Below are positions 46,340-54,438 of a DNA stretch of 64,000 nt, in pieces. Origin of the DNA: Casimicrobiaceae bacterium (GTDB lineage: Bacteria > Pseudomonadota > Gammaproteobacteria > Burkholderiales > Casimicrobiaceae); NCBI GenBank assembly GCA_035501215.1, contig DATJWL010000129.1, positions 698 to 64,697 of the forward strand, in the 5' to 3' direction. The stretch's first letter is position 1, and each line of letters starts with the position of its first letter. The position numbers and the translations under genes are program-made. Below the pieces are notes generated by a model. The model was given only the letters and a program-made list of their open reading frames with translations. It searched no databases and had not been told where the DNA came from.

Positions 46340-47458
46340 ATGACCGATCCGTCCGCGGCTGCATCCGAGATCGCGGCGGAGCAAAAGTATTCCTGCCCGG
46401 CGTGCGGCGCGGAGGCAGTCTGGAACCCCGGCAAGCAGGCGCTCGTGTGCCCCTTCTGCGGCACCGTTTCCCCGGCGAAGCTCGACAGGGACACCGGCAA
46501 GATCGTCGAGCACGATCTGGTCGCAGCGCTGCGCAGCGTGAGCGACGATCAGCGCGGCTGGCAGATCGAGAAACGCTACGTGAAGTGTCAGAGCTGCCAG
46601 GCCATCTCGGTGCTCGACCCCGCGCGCCAGGCGCAGCGCTGCGAGTTCTGCGGCTCGGCCCAGCTCGTGCCCTACGAGCAGAGCAAGGGCTCCTTCCGTC
46701 CGGAGAGCCTTCTCCCTTTCAAGATTGCCGAGGACAAGGCGCGCGACGGCATCCGCGCCTGGTATTCGAAGCTCTGGCTCGCGCCGAACGCGCTCAAGCG
46801 CCGCGCGCTCACCGACACCGTGAAAGGCATCTACCTTCCGTACTGGACCTTCGACGCGAAGGTCGACGCGACCTGGACCGCGGAAGCGGGTCATTACTAC
46901 TACACCACCGAAACCTACACCGACGGCAGCGGACGCACGCAATCGCGGCAGGTCCAGCACGTACGCTGGGAGCCCGCCGCAGGGCGCCTCGAGCACTTCT
47001 TCGACGACGATCTCGTTTGCGCCTCAGTCGGAGTGCATCCCGAGCTCGTGCGCGGCATCGAGCCGTTTCCGACGACGGAGCTGAAGTCCTACGACGCGGG
47101 CTATGTCGCGGGCTGGGTGGTCGAACGTTACCAGATCGATCTCATCGCCGCGGCAAAAGCCTCGCGCGACGCGATGGATGCGAAGCTCCGCCAGATGTGC
47201 GCGGCTCAGATCCCCGGCGACACCTATCGCAATCTCGATGTCCGCGCGAACTATTCCGCGCAGACCTTCAAGCACATCCTCGCCCCCGTCTGGCTGCTGA
47301 GCTATACCTTCGGTTCGCGGGCGTTCCAGGCCGTGATGAACGGCTTCACCGGCGCCATCCGCGGCGAGTACCCGAAGAGCTGGATCAAGGTGACGCTGCT
47401 GGTGCTCGCGATCATCGTCGTCGTGGTGATCGCGCTGTCGCTCGGAACCCATCGCTGA
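46340..47458 (+). CDS. double zinc-ribbon protein with a C-terminal transmembrane anchor
   Basis: CPACG-N14-CPFCG and CQSCQ-N14-CEFCG, a ~230-aa middle domain, and a terminal TM helix WIKVTLLVLAIIVVVVIALSLG. Confidence 0.7.
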   Translation: MTDPSAAASEIAAEQKYSCPACGAEAVWNPGKQALVCPFCGTVSPAKLDRDTGKIVEHDLVAALRSVSDDQRGWQIEKRYVKCQSCQAISVLDPARQAQRCEFCGSAQLVPYEQSKGSFRPESLLPFKIAEDKARDGIRAWYSKLWLAPNALKRRALTDTVKGIYLPYWTFDAKVDATWTAEAGHYYYTTETYTDGSGRTQSRQVQHVRWEPAAGRLEHFFDDDLVCASVGVHPELVRGIEPFPTTELKSYDAGYVAGWVVERYQIDLIAAAKASRDAMDAKLRQMCAAQIPGDTYRNLDVRANYSAQTFKHILAPVWLLSYTFGSRAFQAVMNGFTGAIRGEYPKSWIKVTLLVLAIIVVVVIALSLGTHR

Positions 47459-47471
47459 GGAGAAAAATGGC

Positions 47472-48200
47472 ATGCACACGGCGATCGTAACCGGAGTGTC
47501 GCGCGGGTTGGGAGAATCGCTCGCCGCCACGCTCCTCGAGCGCGGCTACTCGGTGCTTGGCGTGGGCCGGCGCACGAGTACGCGACTCGGCGGCGAGCGC
47601 TATCACTTCGCGCGCGTCGATTTGAGCGAGGCGGCGAGCATCGACGAAGCGCTGGCATCGCCCTTTCGCGCGATTGCCGAGGCGAAGCCGGAATCGGTCT
47701 GCCTCATCAACAATGCGGCGACGGCCGGGCCGGTCGGCGTGTTGGGGAAGCTCGATGCAGGGGCGGGCGCCGCCGCGCTCGCCGCGAATCTCGTCGCGCC
47801 CGTTGCGCTCGTGAACCTCTTCTGCCGCGTGTTCGCCGATGCGAAGCTGCCGTGCCGCGTAATCAACGTATCCTCGGGCGCGGCTCAGAATGCACTGCCC
47901 GGCGAGAGCTTGTATTGCGTGGCCAAGGCGGGACTGGAGATGCTAACCCGCGCGCTCGCGGTGGAACAGACGGGGCCAGGGTTTCGCGCGATCAGCCTTC
48001 GGCCCGGCATCATCGACACGGAGATGCAGCTCTTCGCGCGCTCGCAATCTCCCGACGTGCTTCCGTGCGTGGACATGTTTCGCGATTTCCACAGCCAAGG
48101 CCGGCTCGTGCCGCCCGACGTCGTGGCGACCAAGATCGCGGACAAGCTCGTGCTCGGCGAGGTCGAGCACGGTCGGACATATTCGTATCAGGAGCTCTAG
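47472..48200 (+). CDS. short-chain dehydrogenase/reductase (SDR)
   Basis: IVTGVSRGLG (TGxxxGxG), NNAA, YCVAKAG (YxxxK). Confidence 0.85.
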   Translation: MHTAIVTGVSRGLGESLAATLLERGYSVLGVGRRTSTRLGGERYHFARVDLSEAASIDEALASPFRAIAEAKPESVCLINNAATAGPVGVLGKLDAGAGAAALAANLVAPVALVNLFCRVFADAKLPCRVINVSSGAAQNALPGESLYCVAKAGLEMLTRALAVEQTGPGFRAISLRPGIIDTEMQLFARSQSPDVLPCVDMFRDFHSQGRLVPPDVVATKIADKLVLGEVEHGRTYSYQEL

Positions 48201-48253
48201 CAGGCTAGCGCTTCGCTCCAGCGCGCGAGCAGAAGCGCCGCGCTGTGCCGCTG

Positions 48254-48631
48254 TCAGCGCGGAGCAAGCGGTCGGATGCGATACTCGAGAATGGTCGGTT
48301 GCACACCGGCTTCCCACATCAGGCAATAGATCTCCTTTCGATCCGCGGTGAAGTCGCCGGCATCGTCTCGAACCTTCTCCCGCACGATCGGCAGGATCAC
48401 CGCGGCGCCGTCATGGTAATGGATGTTGAACTCGACCGGCGCCGCGCTCGCGAAGTAATAGCCGATGCGCTCGCCACGAGCGAGCTCGACGCACTCCTCG
48501 TGAATGCCGTAGGGCGCGATTTCGACGCCGGCGGCGCTGCGCGGTGCGTCGAGACGGTACTCCCCGCCGGCACAAGCCGTTGCCGCCAGCGCCGCCGACA
48601 CGACGATCGTCCGGACTCCGGGCTCGCTCAT
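48254..48631 (-). CDS. small exported (possibly lipo-) protein, unknown function
   Basis: 125 aa; MSEPGVRTIVVSAALAATACAGG.... The start overlaps the GNAT gene stop (ATGA). Confidence 0.55.
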   Translation of the reverse strand: MSEPGVRTIVVSAALAATACAGGEYRLDAPRSAAGVEIAPYGIHEECVELARGERIGYYFASAAPVEFNIHYHDGAAVILPIVREKVRDDAGDFTADRKEIYCLMWEAGVQPTILEYRIRPLAPR

Positions 48632-49206
48632 CGCGCGCCGCGCCGCCAATCCTCGACCAGCATGGCCCAGCGCTCGTGGTCGCGCCAGCGCCCCGCAATC
48701 TTCACGTAGCGGCGCGAGAAACCCTCGCGGGTAAAGCCGGCGGCGCGCACGAGCGAGAGCGAGCGCCGATTGCCCGGCTGAACGTTGACCTCGATTCGAT
48801 GCAGCTTGAGCTTCCGGAACGCGATGCGCAGCGTCAGTGCCAATCCCTCGGCCATGTAACCGCGCCCGGCATGCGGCGCAAGCGCGTAGTAGCCGAGATA
48901 GGCGCTCCAGAATGCGCCGTGCACGATCTCGCTCAGGTTGAACACGCCGACCGGCGCATCGTCCTCGATCCGGCAAACGAGCAAGCCCACGTGGGTCGCC
49001 GACGCGAGCGCCTTCGATTTCGGACCCGCGAAGCGTCGCACATAGGCCGCAAAACGCGTGGCGGATTTCGGCGCCTGGACCCAGTCGGCGTGCAGCGACC
49101 GGCTAGCGCGGACCGCCGCGACGAAGCTCGCGCTGTCGGAAAAGCGCGGGCGCCGCAGATGAACCCGGTCGCCCACGGCGAAAATCGCGTTGCTCGCCGC
49201 TGGCAT
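48628..49206 (-). CDS. GNAT-family N-acetyltransferase (RimJ/RimL-like)
   Basis: 192 aa; VHLRRPRFSDSASF..., GYYALAPHAGRGYMAEGL, HRIEVNVQPGNRRSLSLVRAAGFTREG. Confidence 0.8.
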   Translation of the reverse strand: MPAASNAIFAVGDRVHLRRPRFSDSASFVAAVRASRSLHADWVQAPKSATRFAAYVRRFAGPKSKALASATHVGLLVCRIEDDAPVGVFNLSEIVHGAFWSAYLGYYALAPHAGRGYMAEGLALTLRIAFRKLKLHRIEVNVQPGNRRSLSLVRAAGFTREGFSRRYVKIAGRWRDHERWAMLVEDWRRGAR

Positions 49207-49238
49207 AATCGCAATTTTAGCAACACGTCTCGCAGCGC

Positions 49239-49994
49239 ATGAGCAAGTGGATCGAAGGCAGAGTGGTCGACAAGCGGCTTTGGACCGAGCGCCTCGTTAC
49301 GCTGCGCATCGCGGCCCCCGAAGTGAGCTTCGTCGCAGGTCAGTTTGCCCGCCTCGCGCTGCCCGCGCCGCCAGGTTCGAAGGAACCGATGCTCGGCCGC
49401 CCGTATTCCTTCGTCAACCCGCCCGATCATGGCCCGCACGAGTTCTATTTCAACGTGCTGCCGGCGGGGCCTCTCTCTCCCCGGCTCGCCGCGCTTCAGG
49501 GGAACGATCCGGTATGGTTGCTCGATCGTGCGAACGGGTTTTTCTGCGTAGGCGAGCTTCCGGAAGCGGCCACGCTGTGGTGTCTCTCGACCGGCACCGG
49601 CCTCGGACCGTTCCTGTCGATCCTGCGCACCGATGAGCCGTGGGAGAGATTCGAGCGCGTCGTCCTCGTCCACGCCGTGCGCTACGGCGCGGACCTTTCG
49701 TATGGAGAAGTCATCGCGAGCGTTGCGCATGCGCGGCCGGGACGCTTCAGCTTCGCGCCGTTCGTGAGCCGCGAAACCCAGCGCGGAGCGCTGCCAGGCC
49801 GCATTCCCGAGGCGATCATGGACGGCCGCCTCGAGGCGTGGACGGGCCTGCCCCTGACGGCGGAAAATGCCCACGCGATGCTATGCGGGAACCCCGACAT
49901 GGTGCGCGACACGCAGGTCGTGCTCGAGCAACGCGGCATGCGACGGCATCGCCGGCGCGAGCCGGGGCATTTCACCGTCGAGACCTATTGGTAG
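49239..49994 (+). CDS. fpr: ferredoxin--NADP(+) reductase
   Basis: 251 aa; GRPYSFVN (RxYS FAD motif), LSTGTGLGPFLSIL, MLCGNPDM, C-terminal ETYW. Confidence 0.85.
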   Translation: MSKWIEGRVVDKRLWTERLVTLRIAAPEVSFVAGQFARLALPAPPGSKEPMLGRPYSFVNPPDHGPHEFYFNVLPAGPLSPRLAALQGNDPVWLLDRANGFFCVGELPEAATLWCLSTGTGLGPFLSILRTDEPWERFERVVLVHAVRYGADLSYGEVIASVAHARPGRFSFAPFVSRETQRGALPGRIPEAIMDGRLEAWTGLPLTAENAHAMLCGNPDMVRDTQVVLEQRGMRRHRRREPGHFTVETYW

Positions 49995-50040
49995 TTATCG
50001 CGTCGCGCGCAGCGCAACGCAATAACTCGGCGTGACCCGG

Positions 50041-50532
50041 TTAACCCTTGACTTCGAGGAGCTCGATCTCGAAGAGGAGCGTCGCATCGGGCGGGATCAC
50101 GCCGCCCGCGCCACGGCTGCCGTAGCCCATGTACGCCGGAATGATAAGCGTGCGGCGGCCGCCGACGCGCATCCCGACCACACCCTCGTCCCAGCCCGCG
50201 ATCACGCGACCGCCGCCGAGCGGGAAACTGAAAGGCGACTTGCGATCGAGCGAGGAGTCGAATTTCTTGCCCTTTTTGTCGGCAGCATACGGGTCGTAAA
50301 GCCACCCCGTGTAGTGAACAACTGCGGTTTTTCCCTTGACCGCTTCCGCGCCTTCGCCGACGGTCGTATCGATTTTCTGCAGTGAGGTAATGGTGGCATC
50401 CATCTTGCTTGGCTGTGGGTTGGGCGCGTTGGCCGGAGCCTGCGCGAAAGCGATTGCCGAGGGAAAAATGAAACCTGCCGTCACGGCGGACGCCAGCGTA
50501 CGGCAAATCTTCAGGAGTGTTTCGGGCGCCAT
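50041..50532 (-). CDS. FKBP-type peptidyl-prolyl cis-trans isomerase (exported)
   Basis: Signal-like N-terminus; VHYTGWLYD..., FDSSLDR..PFSFPLGGGRVIAGWDEGV.GMRVGGRR.LIIP and LLFEIELLEV. Confidence 0.88.
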   Translation of the reverse strand: MAPETLLKICRTLASAVTAGFIFPSAIAFAQAPANAPNPQPSKMDATITSLQKIDTTVGEGAEAVKGKTAVVHYTGWLYDPYAADKKGKKFDSSLDRKSPFSFPLGGGRVIAGWDEGVVGMRVGGRRTLIIPAYMGYGSRGAGGVIPPDATLLFEIELLEVKG

Positions 50533-50619
50533 GGGAAAGATGTCGAGAACAAAAGGAGGACGCAGACGTCGGCCAGAGCGCAAGGACACTGTCTTAATTT
50601 AAGCTACGGCGGCGCGCTT

Positions 50620-50648
50620 TTGCGTCATGACCGATTATGGGCTATAAA
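50620..50648 (+). promoter_or_regulatory. candidate sigma70 promoter for the 50750 gene
   Basis: TTGCGT (50620-50625), 17-nt spacer, TATAAA (50643-50648). About 100 nt upstream of the ATG, in an otherwise GC-rich spacer. Confidence 0.4.
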
Positions 50649-50749
50649 CTGCAGTTCCGCCACGGCTGGCCGTTGCACCCCCGCGTGGGGTGGCGAGAAT
50701 GGCTGACGGTAGCGGGAGCGCGTCCCCCAGACGTGCATCAGGTGTATTC

Positions 50750-52459
50750 ATGAAGTCGATGCTCGGATTCCTCACGCCCCAGGCAAAAGATGCCAGCGAT
50801 GCGCTGCAAAACGCGAAGACCGCGGCAGCGTGGCTTCGCGCGCTGCCCGCGCTCGATGTGATTGGACGGCAACAGAGCGTCATCCGGGCTCTCGAGGTGA
50901 TGCGCAAGACGCAGCCCGCGCTCGACCTGGGGCGCATCGGGGCGATCGAGTTCGTCGATGCAGCGCTCGGCGCCGATCGCCGCCAGCTCATCAAGCAGTA
51001 CATCGAGAATGCCGAAGGCTCGCCCAAGCTCGCCGACCGTATCTGGCAGTCGTTGTGGGAGATGAGCCAGGCGTTCACGCTGGCGTATCAGGCCGCGCTC
51101 GAGGATGCGCTGCGGCAGAGCGCCAACACGCGCTGGAAGTCGGTGCTGCCCTTGCTCTTCGTCCGCCTGGTGCATTTTCACGGAACGGACGCGAAGCTCC
51201 GGGTCTTCAAGTACGAGCGCTGGATTCCGGGGAAGTGGACGGAGTTGCATCAGATCTATCTGCGCGCTTGCGAGCTCACGTGCGAACGTGAAACGGTGGC
51301 CCTGCCTGCGGCGGGTACGGGCGCACAGCCGTGGTCGGTCGAGCAGGAGTACCTCTACGTGCTGCTCGTGCATCAGCTCAATACCGGCAACCTCGCGCCG
51401 GCCGAAATCGACTGGGCCAGCTCGCAGCTTCGCGGCTGGAGCCGTCGCCTGACGCTCGATCCGATCCCGAAATCGCTGGAAGGCTTCTTCGTCGATCTCG
51501 CGGGTCGTGCGGGGCTCATCCGCCGCAACGGCAACGACCGCGGGTCGATGCTACGCTACGTTGACACGACGCCTCTCTCCGAAGCGTTGGAACGCGCTGT
51601 TGCAGCACTGCACGACGCCGAAGCAACCGATCAGGGCCCCGTCGCGGCGATCAACCGGCAGCGTTTGGGCGTGCTGCGCAAGATTCACCCGGCGGTCTCT
51701 CCATCGACGCTGTCCGATCTGCGGCGCGACCCTCGCACTTCGGTCGCCGTGTCGGCACGCGTGCGGATCGGGCTCGCCCGCATCTGTCAGGATCTCACAT
51801 CGAAGGCGAGCGAGGACAACGCTCCCGAGGCGAGCTCAGGCACCGAGCAGATCGAAGTCTTCCCGGTCGCCGGGGCGCCACGAGCCAAGCGCAAGCCGCT
51901 CGTGGAGGACGACTCGCTGGCGGCGAGCCTGTCCTCGTGGACCGACCCGATGTGGGAAGTGAAGGATCGCAGCGTCGCGGGACTGCGCATCGCGGCGACC
52001 GGTGGCATCGGTCAGAGTCTTTCGCTGGGCGCGCTGGTCGCGGTGCGCCAATCGGATGTCGACGGCTGGTTGCTCGGCGTGGTCCGGCGGCTGAACAAAG
52101 TTTCCATCGAGGAGGTCGAGGCAGGGGTCAACATCATTGCCGAGCGCATGGTGTCGGTGACGCTTGCCGCGAAGCGCCGCCCGAGCGAAGACATGGGTTA
52201 CGTGGTCGACGGGCTCGACCTTTCAACAATGGGAGACCGCTTCGAGGGTCTGTACCTGCCGCCGCCGTCGCGTCCCGACAAGCCGCTCGCGGTCAAGACG
52301 CTGATCATTCCGACCTCGGAGTACGCCGAAGGGCGCAATGTCATTCTTACGACCGCCAACTCGATCTACACCGTGGCGTTACGCTATCTGGTCGAGCAGC
52401 GGCCGGACTGGAGCTGGGCGACGATCCAGATCGCCGAGAAGCGCGCCCGCGAAGGCTGA
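50750..52459 (+). CDS. large hypothetical protein with a possible C-terminal PilZ-like barrel
   Basis: 569 aa from ATG 50750 (the ORF extends to 50690). Helical N-terminal ~330 aa. RRDPR (RxxxR) is followed ~75 aa later by DRSVAG (DxSxxG) and beta-rich LSLGALVAVR...WLLGVVRRL. Confidence 0.6.
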   Translation: MKSMLGFLTPQAKDASDALQNAKTAAAWLRALPALDVIGRQQSVIRALEVMRKTQPALDLGRIGAIEFVDAALGADRRQLIKQYIENAEGSPKLADRIWQSLWEMSQAFTLAYQAALEDALRQSANTRWKSVLPLLFVRLVHFHGTDAKLRVFKYERWIPGKWTELHQIYLRACELTCERETVALPAAGTGAQPWSVEQEYLYVLLVHQLNTGNLAPAEIDWASSQLRGWSRRLTLDPIPKSLEGFFVDLAGRAGLIRRNGNDRGSMLRYVDTTPLSEALERAVAALHDAEATDQGPVAAINRQRLGVLRKIHPAVSPSTLSDLRRDPRTSVAVSARVRIGLARICQDLTSKASEDNAPEASSGTEQIEVFPVAGAPRAKRKPLVEDDSLAASLSSWTDPMWEVKDRSVAGLRIAATGGIGQSLSLGALVAVRQSDVDGWLLGVVRRLNKVSIEEVEAGVNIIAERMVSVTLAAKRRPSEDMGYVVDGLDLSTMGDRFEGLYLPPPSRPDKPLAVKTLIIPTSEYAEGRNVILTTANSIYTVALRYLVEQRPDWSWATIQIAEKRAREG

Positions 52460-52504
52460 TTCACGGCTACTGCGCGGCCCGGCTGCTTCGGTGTGCTCAT
52501 TTTG

Positions 52505-53305
52505 TCAGTCGAGCGGGCGGAACTTCAGCGTCAGGTTGCGGCGAAAGAGGTCCGGGTTGTCGGGACGTGGCAGCGGTGAGGACTTGAGGATCGCGCGCTG
52601 CACCGCTTCGTCGTAGGCGCGCACGCCGCTCGATTTTTCCAGCTGCACGTCGATGATCTCCCCGGTCGGAAGCTGCACGACGCCGAACACCGCCTCCGGA
52701 TTACCGGGCATGTCCGGGGGCAACACCACGTTGCCTCGAATCTTCGACTGGATGCGGCGAATGTAATCCGCGTCCGCCTTGGTGCGCGCCGCGTTGAGCG
52801 CGATCTGCTGCTGGATCTGGCGCTCGCGCTCCGCCTGCGCACGGAGCGCTTCCGCCTCGCGCGTCTGACGTTCGCGGATCTCGGCGAGCCGCTTTTCCTG
52901 CTGCTTGCGTTCCGCCTCGCGCTTTTCGGCCTCCAGTTTCTCGCGCTCCTTGCGCTCGCGCTCGGCCTTCGCTTGCTTTTCCTTGAGCGTGATGTCGGGC
53001 TTCGGCGGCGGTGGCGGCTCGACCTTGGGTGGCGGCTTGGGCGGTTCGACTTTGGGAGGTGCGACCTTGGGCGGTTCCACTTTCGGCGCCGGCTCGGGCG
53101 GCAGCTCGGGCTGCGTCTTCGGCGCTTCGACCTTCTCGATCGGGGGCGAGGGCGCGTAAAGCTCGACCGCGACGCTCTCCTGCGGCGGGTTGCGCCAGGT
53201 GACGTGGAAGATGAGGAACAGGACGAAGCCGAGGTTCACCGCGATCGCAAGGAACCCGGCGATCCACTTGGCTGCCGAACGGCCCGAATCCGCCTGACGC
53301 CGCAT
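52505..53305 (-). CDS. tolA: Tol-Pal system protein TolA
   Basis: N-terminal TM (WIAGFLAIAVNLGFVLFLIF), Pro/Lys-rich (KVEPPK)n region, Glu/Lys/Arg-rich helix, C-terminal TolA/TonB-like domain. Confidence 0.88.
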   Translation of the reverse strand: MRRQADSGRSAAKWIAGFLAIAVNLGFVLFLIFHVTWRNPPQESVAVELYAPSPPIEKVEAPKTQPELPPEPAPKVEPPKVAPPKVEPPKPPPKVEPPPPPKPDITLKEKQAKAERERKEREKLEAEKREAERKQQEKRLAEIRERQTREAEALRAQAERERQIQQQIALNAARTKADADYIRRIQSKIRGNVVLPPDMPGNPEAVFGVVQLPTGEIIDVQLEKSSGVRAYDEAVQRAILKSSPLPRPDNPDLFRRNLTLKFRPLD

Positions 53306-53311
53306 CGCGCG

Positions 53312-53350
53312 TTAGGGCCTGTTTGTGTCCATAGCGCTAACAGGCCCTAA
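53312..53350. other. 12-bp perfect inverted repeat in the tolR-tolA spacer
   Basis: ttagggcctgtt (53312-53323) / aacaggccctaa (53339-53350) with a 15-nt loop. The right arm overlaps the tolR stop codon. Confidence 0.6.
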
Positions 53351-53760
53351 TTCGCCTGCGCCTGCTGCGGGCGCAACAGCAGTCCCACCTTCTGCACGCC
53401 GCTGCGCTGAAGGATGTCGAGCACGCCGATCACATCCTCGTAGCGCACCGCGCGATCGGCCGCGATGACGACGGCCTGGTCGTGATTGCGCGCCTGGCGG
53501 TCCCGTATCCGCGCGACCAGCTCGACGCGCGACACGCGCTGGGGCGGGCTCGATCCCTCCCGCAGCCAGAGGGACTGGTCGGTCCTCAGCGAGACCTCGA
53601 GCGGCGACACCGGTATGGCGAGCTTGCTCCCGACGCTCGGCAGCTCGATCACGCCCGGGTTGATAAGCGGCGCGGTGACCATGAAGATCACCAGCAGCAC
53701 CAGCATCACGTCGATATAGGGCACGACGTTGATCTGGTTGATGGACTTGCGGTGGCGCAC
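53347..53760 (-). CDS. tolR: Tol-Pal system protein TolR (ExbD/TolR family)
   Basis: 137 aa; INVVPYIDVMLVLLVIFMV. Confidence 0.9.
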   Translation of the reverse strand: MRHRKSINQINVVPYIDVMLVLLVIFMVTAPLINPGVIELPSVGSKLAIPVSPLEVSLRTDQSLWLREGSSPPQRVSRVELVARIRDRQARNHDQAVVIAADRAVRYEDVIGVLDILQRSGVQKVGLLLRPQQAQAN

Positions 53761-53772
53761 GCGGAATCTCTT

Positions 53773-54438
53773 CTAGCCCTGCCGCTGGAGGATGTTCGAG
53801 AACTCCTCGATGAAGCTCTCGAAGCGGGTCGCGAGACGATCGACGTCGTGGGTGTAGCGGTTGTACGCGATCACGGCGGGAATCGCTGCGAAGAGACCGA
53901 TCGCGGTCGCGATCAGCGCCTCGGCGATGCCCGGTGCTACCTGTGCCAGGGTGGCCTGTCCGACGCTGCTCAGGCCGCGGAACGCGTTCATGATGCCCCA
54001 CACTGTGCCGAAGAGCCCAATGTAGGGAGACACGGAGCCGACGGTCGCGAGGCCCGGAAGATTGGCCTCGAGCGCATCGGTCTCGCGCTGATACGAGGCG
54101 CGCATCGCGCGCCGCGTGCTGTCCATCGTCGCCGCTGCGGTGCTCCCCTGGCGGCGGTGCTTGGCGTACTCGCGAAAGCCGGCGGAGAAGATACGCTCCA
54201 GTGGCCCGCCTCGTCCTTGGGTCGCGCGCTGGAAGAGCTCGTTTAGATCACCGCCTTTCCAGAACTCGTCCTCGAAGCGATCGGTGTCGCGGGCCGCGCG
54301 CCGGAGGCTGAAGAGCTTCAGGAAGATCTGCCACCACGACCAGAGCGAGAAGGCGAAGAGGAGCGCGATCACCGACTGCACCACGACGCTGGCGTGGGTG
54401 ATCATCGCGACGAAGCTCAGGTCGGACTGCAGATTCAA
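53773..54438 (-). CDS. tolQ: Tol-Pal system protein TolQ (MotA/TolQ/ExbB family)
   Basis: 221 aa; LATVGSVSPYIGLFGTVWGIMNAF and IAEALIATAIGLFAAIPAVIAYN. Confidence 0.92.
   Translation of the reverse strand: MNLQSDLSFVAMITHASVVVQSVIALLFAFSLWSWWQIFLKLFSLRRAARDTDRFEDEFWKGGDLNELFQRATQGRGGPLERIFSAGFREYAKHRRQGSTAAATMDSTRRAMRASYQRETDALEANLPGLATVGSVSPYIGLFGTVWGIMNAFRGLSSVGQATLAQVAPGIAEALIATAIGLFAAIPAVIAYNRYTHDVDRLATRFESFIEEFSNILQRQG

Noticed and set aside
49994-50026. 15-bp imperfect hairpin (gttatcgcgtcgcgc / gcgcaacgcaataac) between the convergent fpr and FKBP genes
   Set aside because: It has two mismatches on the plus strand (G-U on the minus strand) and no U-tract on either side. It is plausible as a transcript-end structure but too weak to call a terminator.
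52980-53110. Short tandem DNA repeats (cgaccttggg/ggttcgactttggg units) inside tolA
   Set aside because: They encode the (K/P)VEPPK proline-rich spacer that is a normal, length-variable feature of TolA domain II. This is not an independent element.
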